Shown: positions 28,000-40,365 of the stretch, one piece after another
Position numbering within the stretch: position 1 is the first letter of the stretch
How the letters are laid out: the number at the start of each line of letters is the position of its first letter
NCBI GenBank assembly: GCA_964016885.1
Contig: OZ024750.1
Location: 7,192,001 to 7,256,000 of the forward strand
Direction of reading: 5' to 3'
From: Eledone cirrhosa
Lineage: Eukaryota
Length of the DNA: 64,000 nt
Program-made: the position numbers and the translations under genes
Notes under the pieces: generated by a model
Database searches by the model: none
What the model was told of the DNA's origin: nothing
The model's input: the letters and a program-made list of their open reading frames with translations, nothing else

Positions 28000-29025
28000 G
28001 CAGCATGATCACCATCGTTGTCATAGTTTTGATGTTTGATTTTTCCCCTTTTACAAAGCTGCTGGACGAGATTCAGACTAAGATATTGAAGTCACCTGGT
28101 GAAGTAGGAGTCAAACTAGTGACTCACATAGTCAGCCAGGTAACAGAGGATAACCTTTAACTGTTACAAAGGAAAAGGAGATTCTCTAGAAAGGAGGAGC
28201 TACAACTGTTGAGGCTTAAAACTAATGAAAATAGTAGAAAGTGTTTTGGTAGAACTACATAGGGAAAAAGTCAAATTAGATGAGATGCAGTTTGGATGTG
28301 TGACTTGTCTAATGTGAGACGTGTTTTTTTTGGAGGGTATAAGGTATAGGATGCAGGTGGATTATATATATGTGTATATACATATATATATTTATATATA
28401 TATATATATATCATCATCATCATTCATCATCATCATTTTACGTCCGCTTTTCCCTGCTTGCAAGGGTGGGACGGGTCTTATTCAGCACAGCATCTCTCCA
28501 CTCGTCACGGTCCCTCGTCATCTCCACCGTGAGCTTCAATGATCTGAGGTCTGTTCTCACCACCTCTGTCCATGTTTTTCGTGGTCTACCTCTACCACGT
28601 CTTCCTTCAACTAGCATTTCCTGGCACTTCTTCACCCATCGGTCATCCTCCATGCGCATCACATGTCCATACCACCTCAGTCTCCTCTCCCGTACACTAC
28701 ATTCTATCCCTCTCAGACACAGTCTCTCTCTCAACACATTTATGCTGGGTCGTTCACGCACATTTACACTGCACATCCAACGGAGCATGCTTGCCTCATT
28801 TCTCTCCAGCCATCGCATATCCTCTGCAGTTGCTGCCCATGTCTCACTACCATGCAGCATCGCGCTCCTCACACAGGCATCATACAACCGGCCTTTCGTA
28901 CGCAGGGATTATATATATATATATATATATAATAAATATATATTAGTTAGTGAAATACAGCTTCTGCTGTATTCTTTGCTGTTTGTAAACGAAGCTAATT
29001 TTCAAGACAACGCTAAGCTCTGTAT

Positions 29026-29077
<52 letters not shown>

Positions 29078-29765
29078 CTTGAATAAGCACCTGAGGATTA
29101 GGTCACAATTTTGATACCTCTTACGTTCTAGAGATATCGTCAAAAACCTTAGGTAGCGCTTTTGTTCTGCATATGAACATAAATAAATAGTATAATATAA
29201 ATATATATATATATATATATAAAACACACATATATATATAGTATAGTATATATATATATATAATATACATTGAAGTTTTTAATTTATGTTCAAATATATA
29301 ACAAGCATAAAACGTGAGAAAGAATGCAATAATATTTATAACAGATTTAAAGATTAATAATAAAGAAAATACACACATGCACACAGACACAAATACACAT
29401 ACATATATATATATGTACATACATACACACAGATACAGATTAAAAAGTGAATCTAACTCATGCAAACGGAATATAAGCTAACCAACTACTGGCATGGTTT
29501 TACTAACTAGCTATAGCTAAAAATGCATAAAAGATACAATGGTAAAAACCACAACAATAACCACAGTGATTTAAATACATTAAATAAAGCATAAATGTGT
29601 GGAATATTATTGCTATTGACCCATAACAGTTAAAAAGGGCAGGATTTTCTTACCCGATGCTGTGAAAAGAAATAAAGATGAATTATCTCAAAATTTTGAG
29701 AAACAGAGAGAGAAATATATATATATATGTATATATATATTATGGTTATTGCCTTCAATATATAT

Positions 29766-29800
<35 letters not shown>

Positions 29801-29839
29801 AATATATATATATATATGTATATATATATGTATATACAA

Positions 29840-29873
<34 letters not shown>

Positions 29874-31988
29874 GTAAAGAGAGAGAAAAATAACATCAAT
29901 ATAAATAAACAGTGAAAAACAAAATGAAGAAAAGATATTTTCACAGCTAGAATTTTAACAACCTGTAGAGACAAAGCATTGATATTTAAGATATAACTCT
30001 GATAACAAAGAAAACAAGAGAAATGCATGAATATAAATTTACATAAATTTACATATATCTAACATTAGCAAAGGAGAAATTAATACAGTGTTCATAAAAT
30101 AGAATCAAAAGTCAATTATGATTGAAACATTACTTACCTAATGTGGAGGAACAGAGAATAAAACAAAAATAACTTAAAAAACATTAAATAACTACAGAAG
30201 AAAAATATATTACATTGGTGAAAATATAATTGTTTCTACTTTTGGCACAAGGCCAGCAATTATCAGTGTATTACTGGTACTTTATTTTATCGACCCTGTA
30301 AGGATGAAAGGCAAAGTTAACTTGGAGAAAATATAATAATGGCTTCTACTATAGGCACAAGGCCAGCAATTTGAAGGGAGGGGAAAGTCAATTAAATCGA
30401 CCCCAGTGTATTACTGGTGCTTTATTTTATTGACCCCTGTAAGGATGAAAGATAAAGCTAACCTCGGTGAGATTTGAACTCAGAACCTAAAGGGACATAA
30501 CTCTATGCTGTTATGCATGGTGTCTGACGTTCTACTGATTCTGCTAATCCACCGAAAAATATAATAATTGCTTCTAATTTAGGCACAAGGGCAGGAATTT
30601 GTGGGTGGGTGGATGTGCGGTGATTGGGAGAGGAAATTCACTTATATTGACCTCCAATAGGTGGACTAGTCGTTTAATTTATCAAACTTAGAAAGACCAA
30701 TAGCAAAGTTAACCTTGGCGTGATTTGAACTCAGAACATAAAGAGTCAGAACAAATACTGAAGAGAATTTTCTCTGACTCTCTAACAATTCTGCCAATCC
30801 ATTACTGTTAGTCGCACCAATAATTAGTTACATTGATAAAAGGCCAGGAATTTTGGATGAAAGATCAGTCAATTATGTCAACCCTGTTACATGACTGGTA
30901 CTATATTTTATTGATTCTAGTATGATGGAAGGTAAAAACCTGCTTGTCTCATAATAAGCAGTAGCTCATGTGACAATCATCAGTTTAATTAGATGACCTT
31001 AGAGTCATGGACACCAGTGGTTTCACAGATGATCAACTATTAATTCGAGAATAGGTTGACACAACTGCTCCATGCTCTAGTTAACAGAGAAATCTATGAT
31101 TATGTAGGCATGGTGAGTTGCATATATTCTAGCCATTAGTAAAAGCAAAATGAATGTTTCCCCTTCGATGGAGGGATGACTCAAGAAGAAGAAGAAGAAG
31201 AAGAAGAAGATAAATAGATTTAATTGGCTCCTTTGAAGGATGAGGGTAAAGCTGTCTCCAGTGAGATTTGAATGTAGATGGATATATATCTAAATAAAGC
31301 AAAGTATTGCTATGAATTTTGAAAAACAAACAAACAAATAAACACATAAAGGTGTTTGGTAGTTGAAAGGTAAAGAAATATCTAACATAAGACAATAAAA
31401 AAAAGACTATGAAATACAAGTTACCAAGAAGAAACACACTTAGATGTAATGTAGAATGTCATATATATATATATATATATACATGCATATATATATACGC
31501 ACACATGAAATAATATATATACATGTATATATTATAAGTGGTTTTACATACAGAGATGTTCTTATACTATATCACAGAAAATGAGAAAATACATACACAC
31601 ATACATTTATATATACATATATGTGTGTATCTGTTTATATATATTTATATATATATATATATGTATGTAGAAAAATCTACCTAAATATACAGTAGTGTCC
31701 AATCCGTATGAAGAACTCAATGTAATCCAAATATCATGAAAAGAGAAGATGCACTCAAAACTTTTCGATGAAAATCCCAGGACAACAGAGTCAAGATAAA
31801 TTAATAAAAACAATGAATAAAAACAAAGAACAAGTTCCTTATATTAAAAAATTCATCATTTTACGATCGTTTCTAGAATATATATGTGTGTGTTGGTATG
31901 TATATCATATAGATCTATGTAAAAATATTTTACAAACTATCAGAGGAAATATACATACCTTCACATATATATGCTGTCTTCAGAAATA

Positions 31989-32030
<42 letters not shown>

Positions 32031-32325
32031 TTCGTCAAGTATGAAATTTGTAGAAATTTGTTTTGTTTCTACAAATTTCATATTTGACGATCCAACATAT
32101 GTGAACATATATAATATATATATTAATATGGAAACATTGCACAAGTGATCAAGAAAAACAAATACTAGCACAGACAAAAATAATACAAAGCAAAAGAGAT
32201 ACAAATATTAGAACATTGACTGCTGTCTGGAAGGTCATGATGATTTAGACAATAGTGACTAAAGTTATAAATATAGAGTTACTGGGGAGATGTGCAATGA
32301 AGACAGGAGAGCAACAGAATATACA

Positions 32326-32378
<53 letters not shown>

Positions 32379-34827
32379 TATATATATGGAGGCACATGGC
32401 TTAGTGGTTAGAGCATTGGCCTTGCAATCAAAAGGTTGTGAGTTCAATTCTCAGACCGGGTGATGTGTTGTTTCCTTGAGCAAGACACTTTATTTCACAT
32501 TGCTCCAGTTTACTCAGCTGTAAAAGTGGTCGTGGCGGTGCCACGGCAAAAAGCACCCAGCACTCACTGTAAATGAGGTTGGTGTTAGGAAGGACATCCA
32601 GCTATAGAAACCAAGCCAGAAAAAGTTTTGTATGAGCAAGACACAGTCATCTGACCTGACTTGTCATCATCACAATAGGACAACTTGTTTAACTCATGCT
32701 AGTGTGGAAAATGGACATTAAATGATGATATATATAGACATATATATATATTTATATAATGATGATATTTATATAATGATGATATATATAGACACATATA
32801 TATATATGACAATGCAAATAACAGAAATAAAAATACCGAAAGCGAATAAAATTTCACCGTTTGGAAAGAAGAAACAAAAAAAATATATAACAATAAATAC
32901 GGCCACAGACACCAATATACCAGACTTCGTGACATATCAGAAATACTAGAGTCATTTACTTGTTTTACTGGCACATTTTAGGATTTATAGAACAGAATTC
33001 CCTGTAATAAATTAATTATCAACACCATGATAATTTTAAAATGAAAGCAAAAAGTTAAATTTCTTTTACTTGTTTATATTTCTGTATGATGCATGATAAA
33101 ATATGTCATAAGAAAATTAAGAAAATATCTTCATCTGAAATATAATTGTTTCTACTTTTGGCACAAGGCCAGCAATTAATCCAGTGCATTACTGGTACTT
33201 TATTTTATTGACCTCCGTAAGAATGAAAGGCAAAGTTAACCTCGGTGGGATTTGAACTCAGATCATAAAGGGACTATGAAATATACAAAGCTTATTTAAT
33301 CATTCTTAAAATCAATAAATGTGCCAATAATCCAATAAATGAACTATATTTAAAGCAACAGATAAAAATAAAATAAAGACTTTTCCCAAATAAAAAAATA
33401 TCTGAAGACATTATTTTAGTTAAGAAGAATCAGCTAAATAGAAATGAATTGAACAGATTCTGTTAATGACAATGAGAAGAAGATTGGTCCAACAGAGGCT
33501 GTTTTGGTTTTTTTACCATTTATGGAATGGTCAAACAGAAACTATTGTTACTATTATATAAAAAATGGCCAACAGTGAGTGAAGCTATCATTTAATGAAA
33601 CGTACAGTGTCAGCTGTGAGCAATGGTTCAACAGAGTCTATTGTTACCATCATTTGAAAATGTTCAAATAGAGATTCCATCTTACTGTAGAGCAGTGGTT
33701 CCCAAGCTTTTGTGTACCATGTCCCACCTAGAGATTCCATCTTACTGTAGAGCAGTGGTTCCCAAGCTTTTGTGTACCATGTCTCACCTAGAGATTCCAT
33801 CTTACTGTAGAGCAGTGGTTCCCTAGCTTTTGTGTACCATGTCCCACCTCAACATCTCAAACATTTTTATGTCCCACTTTGATATAAAAACAGCAATGAT
33901 CAACTACAAAGTGTAAACAAATTGGCGTATGGTGATGTCAAAGGAACAATAACATGTGTGGAGGAGGTGAGACAGGAGTTTCTGACAGTAATGTCTACCA
34001 AAGCTGCCTTGGTGTAGGTGGTGCCAGATACACAATAACATGTGTGGAGGAGGTGAGACAGGAGTTTCTGACAGTAATGTCTACCAAAGTTGCCTTGGTG
34101 TAGGTGATGCCAGATACACAATAACATGTGTGGAGGAGGTGAGACAGGAGTTTCTGACAGTAATGTCTACCAAAGTTGCCTTGGTGTAGGTGGTGCCAGA
34201 TACACAATAACATGTGTGGAGGAGGTGAGACAGGAGTTTCCGACAGTAATGTCTACCAAAGCTGCCTTGCTGTAAAAGCAATACGGTAAAATCTGAAGTT
34301 TGCTCTCATTAACATCATTTTCAAATTGCCCCCCTTCAATATTCAAATTGCTCCCCTGTGGGGTGTGCACCCTATGTTGGGAATCACTGCTGTAGAGCTT
34401 TATAGAGCCAGTTGTTAGGACGACCCAAACAGGATCTATTATTACATTTTTTGGTAAGATTTTTTGGTAAGATGGTTCAAGAGAATCTGTTGTTTAGCAT
34501 TAGATGGAAATGACCCAATGAAAACTGTTTGCTATCATTAACAAATATGACTCAACAGAGAGCCTGTTGTTAGCGGTAAACAGAAGAGTTGAACAGAGTC
34601 TGTTATTAGCACTAAAAGAAATAGTTTTGACTGAGTTGACTTGCTAACAGTGACAGATAAGATAATATTACACTCTACCTAGAACTGCGGATGCTCCTTT
34701 TCGGAATAATGCAACTGTGAGAGGGAAAAAGAAATTTGAAAACAATAAGTTTAGTTATCTAATCAATACTCTAAATTGTTCATGTCTGGTGCTTTCAGTT
34801 GAAAAATAGAATCATGAAATTAAATAT

Positions 34828-34876
<49 letters not shown>

Positions 34877-35488
34877 TATAAATATATATATATTTTTAAT
34901 ATGTATATATATATGTATTAAAAAAAATATATATATATATATACATTAAAAATATATATATATATATATGTGTATGTGTGTATATATATATGTATATATA
35001 TATATATATATATATAAATATATATATATTAATAAAATATATGTATATATATCAATAAAATATATGTATATATATATATATATATATATACATATATGAG
35101 GACGAGTTAATGAAAACCTAATGGATTTATTAGATACTTAACCCCTCATTTGGCTATTTAAAATGTTAATAAAGAAGGCTGTAAGTAGAAGAATATTTTC
35201 AGATAGTGTTGAAATGGAAATTGTATAAGACAGAATAGTATCAAATAGCAGACATCAATATATTGATGACGATGATGGTGATGATGGTAATGATGATGAT
35301 AATGATAATGGTAATGATGATGATAATAATATAGTAAAGAGTTATAAGTGGAAGTCTTTTCTTGATTGACTGGTTCCTGGTTCTGTTTATTAAATTTTTT
35401 GACATGGCAAGTCAGTGTCACAAATGTATGAATGTTTTCTTTATGGGTTAAGGTAATCTGAGAGCTTTGTTTGTGGGTTAAAGCGATT

Positions 35489-35569
<81 letters not shown>

Positions 35570-38500
35570 CTCTGTGTTGCATATTTGCTATCCATTGTAT
35601 ACCGTGCTAATTGTGTGTGTGTGTGTGTTCATGATTAGAGCATTGGGCTTACAATTGGGAAGATGTGAGTTCGATTTCCCAACCGGGTTTTGTGTTGTGT
35701 TCTTGAGCAAGACACTTTATTTCATATTGCTCCAATTTTCTCAGCTGTAGAAATGGGTTATGATGTCACTGGTGCCAAGCTGTATCAGACATTGCCTTTC
35801 CCTTGAACAACATCAGTGGCGTGGAGTGGGGAGGGGGGAGGGAGGAGACTGGTATGCATGGGCAACTGCTGGTCTTCTACAAACAAATTTTTTGGCAAGT
35901 TTGTGCCTTGGAGGGAAACTTTCTCGGTTCAAAACCATGGGCCTTTGTGACCAATGGGGGCCTTAAAAAAAGCTATATATATATATATATATAGTAAAGA
36001 AACTATGTAATTTGCAGCTGTAGCTTGTAGAAATCTTTAAAAAGGGTGACTTTATTTCATAGAGCCAAAGCTGGTTTTGGCTGGATCAGTAACAAATGTG
36101 TTAAAAATTCTAACAACAGAAATTATTCTGCCATTAAGATTTTCAATAGTATCAAGACTAAATTAATCAACAATGTATTGTAGAGTATATTAATCAAGAA
36201 GAATGATAATAGAGAAAAGGATGTTGATGGCATATTGGTCCAGATTGATGTGAAGATTTAAGAAATTTAATCACGCATGTTAAGACAATGATGTTTCAGG
36301 AATAAATAAAATGGTGGAAAGACTGGAATTGTTTTACACTTCAACAGAAATTGATTGCAGAAAATCATGTGATGATTCCTAAACAGTTACATTGTTCCAC
36401 CATTTACATTCTACAGAGAATGTCTTAATGATTAAAAAAAAAAGTTTCCATCAATAGTACTAGAGTTTATTTCAGGTGGATTCTTTAGTTTATTCTTTAA
36501 TAATGGTTTTGGCTCAAGGCCAACACTTTGAGAGGAAAGAGAAAGTAAGTTGATTAAATTGACCCCAGTGCATTACTGGTGTTTTATTTTATCCACCCTG
36601 TAAGGATGAAAGGCAAAGCTAACCTCAGTGGTATTTGAACTCAGAATGCAAAGGACCGTAACTATATGCCACTAAGCATGTTGTCCAATGCTCTATCGAT
36701 TACTGCCAATCCACTACCCTAGTTTATTCTTTAATAATAATTGTTTCTACTTTTGGCACAAGGCCAGCAATTAACCAGTGCATTACTGGTACTTTATTTT
36801 ATCGACCCCGTAAGGATGAAAGGCAAAGTTAACCTCGGCGGGATTGCCCCAATAATAGAAATACTTAATGCTACACCAGCCTACAGTCTAAGATCAGCAA
36901 GTGTTGGTAGGCAAAACCAACTGGCAGGTGACCCAGGGGTAGACCCCAAGCAAGCTGGTTGGATAACATCCATGAGCTTGGCTGGTCACACTTAGGGATC
37001 CAACTGGATCAGTTGGAGACGGTTGCTTCTGACAGGACCCACTGGAAGGAGTGTTTGAGGACGACCCTCTCAGGAATAAGTGGGCAAAGAAGAAGAAGAA
37101 GAAAAATATGTAAAAATGTACAAAACAGAAATATTGCAATAGTATTCAATTAGATAAGTTGCTTCATATATAAATCTCAGAACAATGAGAGTTCATATTG
37201 ATAACGACAGAATAAAATATTGCTCTCTGAATATTTAGATATTCTTCACCAATTATTCTGTTCCGTAATTCACAACAATTAATAAATGTTATTTGAAATT
37301 CCTTTCAGTTACATTGTCAGTTTATTTCTAGTACAATGCTGAAATTAATCATGACAGATGCAAATGAAAACAAACAATATTCCTACCTGGCCGACATCGA
37401 CACTTTTTAATAGCTCGAACATCTGTAACAACTCCATGGCAAGTCTTGCAGTAATAGAAGGCCCTAGAAACAATAACATAAATAACATAAATACATAAAT
37501 AAATATACTAAATTGAAACAGATCTTAATTAAAATTTAAGATTTTAACGATTGCTTTCTTTTCAGAATATTAAACGAAAATGATAATTGAATATGTGACA
37601 GGTTGAAAATTTTAAAAATGGATAACAGAGAATAATCAGTGGAAACTATATAGGTTGTGGTTTTAAATAATTGTATTGCAAATAGGTGGTTTCTGGTTCA
37701 ATCTCACTATGTCATAGATTGGATTAAACTTTATGTGTGTGAAATTTGGGAGATAGAAACTGTGTGTAAACCCACAAGAGGGTACATTTCTTCTCAAGGG
37801 GCACATTTAATCTGTGACTCAGTTTAACACTCTCCTCTGGCCCTTGGGTTTCTTTAGCAGAGCCCATACTATTGCCATATCTCTTGTCTGAGGGATATAT
37901 TCCTACCTTCCTCTCACCAGTAATAGAGGGATTGGAAAAAGGGCTACGGGTGTGAGGCTGTCTCAAATCTGCTTAGTAGGGTCTCTTTCAAATGAAACTG
38001 TAGCTAAGTGAGGATATATGTGTATGTATGGCTGTCTCAATTTTATTTGAGAGGTCTCTTTCACACACATACACACACATTTACACACACACATATAACT
38101 ATATATAAATGAGGTTGGTGCTAGGAAGGTCATCCAGCTGTAGAAACAAAGCCCAAATCAGTTCTGTATGAAAAAGACATGGTCACCTGACCTGTTCATT
38201 GCTCACAACAAGATAACTCATCGAACTCATGCCAGCGTGGAAAAACGGATGTTCAACGGTGATGATGATGGTGATGATGATGTAGACTGAGAAAGAAAAT
38301 ACCTTTTAACTTCTTCAGCAGATTCTGCAATGAAGAATCCTTGAGTTGCTCTTTCTATTTTGATTTTAGGTCCTGGGTTAATTGCTAGAGAACTTTCTCT
38401 GCTATCACCAAGACGGGCTTCTATAGCTAACAGCAACAGTTTCAGTTTCGTGAAACATAACCTAGAAGATAATATATCATAAAATATTATAAACAAAATA

Positions 38501-38843
38501 TACTCATTACTAGTATTTTTACTATGTAGTGTTAAAGAAATACGTACATTATCATTGTATGGTGATGATGATGGTGATGGTGGTGATGATGGTGAGGATG
38601 GTGGTGGTTGTGATGATGATGGTGGTGGTGATGATGGTGATGATGGTGATGATGGTGATGATGGTGGTGGTTGTGATGATGATGGTGGTGGTGATGATGG
38701 TGATGATGATGGTGGTGATGATGGTGAGGATGGTGGTGGTTGTGATGATGATGGTGATGATGATGGTGGTGCTTGTGATGATAATGGTGATGATGACAGT
38801 TGTTTCATGCTGATGTGGGCATATATATACACCCACACACATG

Positions 38844-38885
<42 letters not shown>

Positions 38886-38941
38886 TGTCACACTAGCCAC
38901 ATTTGCGTTGCTACCTCTTCCAACAATCATTGACACTCATT

Positions 38942-39035
<94 letters not shown>

Positions 39036-39101
39036 GACAATCAAACAAACGCAGGAGTCAATGGTACAAAGTGTTATTAGCTTCATGCTGAGAGTGGGGA
39101 G

Positions 39102-39149
<48 letters not shown>

Positions 39150-39231
39150 CATACAAAATCAAATTCTAGTTTTGTAACTTGTTTAATAGGTTAATATATA
39201 TATTGTACTGAGAGATGTGTGTGTGAGATAG

Positions 39232-39295
<64 letters not shown>

Positions 39296-40311
39296 AATAT
39301 TATATGTAGGTGTCTTGTATATAAATGTAAGGTTAAAATATTAAACAGTTATGCTAATTTCTCAGCCAATGTAATTTCAATTCTATGATTACAAATAATA
39401 ATATTAATAATAATAATAATAATACAAATGATTTCTGGCTTAGGCACAAAGCCAACAATTCTGTTTGGCCAGTTTTGTATGGTTGGATACACATCCAATC
39501 ACCAACCACTTTACAGAGAGTACTGGGCGCTTTTATCATGTAGATTACCAACAATAGTAGTGAAGTTGTCATATCCATAAATCTTGTGCAGTCAACAATA
39601 TTACTTTCTAAATATTGCACAAAATAACTCTTCTCATTCCACCCACCTAAAAAAAAAACCCCAGTTATTATACCCACTTCCTCTACCCCCCCCCCCCCTC
39701 CCCTCCCCACCCCCACACCTTTTTAAAAAAACATGTAAATTTAGATATTTGTATCTGAATTAATGTATCTATTTTAACTTATTTTATTTTTGAACATCTG
39801 GCTGTTTTTGTTACTACTAACTTATTCAACTATGAAATATGATTAGTATCTATTTCTAGCTGGGTTGGCCAAACAAAATAGAAAAAAAACCCAAAATATA
39901 TGTGATGCAAATAATTTTTAAATATTAATGAGAAATTATGATAATTTTAGAAGGAAACCAATAGCAAGTTTTGTGATTGTAAATCATCTCTTTTGCTCTT
40001 CATTCTCTCTTCCTCCTCACTTTCTTTTTTCCTATCTCTTTCTCTTATTTAAATTTTTGAAATTGAAATTCAACTGGATTAGTTAATAGTAGTGTTAACT
40101 GTAGCCATGCTGTTCTATTGAAAGGCTCCCTGTTATTCTTTGGGTGTTGAAACTGCGGTAAGGGTAATTTATCCCTAGGGAAAGATGCTTCTACAGTAAT
40201 CTACCCTCAGTGATTTTGTATAAGTTGTTCTATATGTATTTGCTTCTCTAAATGAGATTATTTTAACAATCTCTTTTCATTGAGATGTTATGTATATTCA
40301 TGACAAATTTA

Positions 40312-40365
<54 letters not shown>

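Noticed and set aside
31129-31289. Phase-1 open frame after a TAG acceptor ([18 protein letters not shown]...)
   Set aside because: There is no credible donor before the frame runs through a (CTT)n tract to a stop.
32921-32967. Possible 25- or 47-nt exon with donor gtatat
   Set aside because: The acceptors lack a pyrimidine tract and neither length preserves frame.
38227-38896. Pro/Ser-rich and Asp/Gly-rich ORFs
   Set aside because: They come from a (GAT/GGT)n trinucleotide tract. Only 38303-38461 is real exon.
39686-39716. C-runs forming a potential G-quadruplex on the sense strand (also ~10982, ~44561, ~46962)
   Set aside because: Simple homopolymer tracts are common in this sequence and nothing indicates function.
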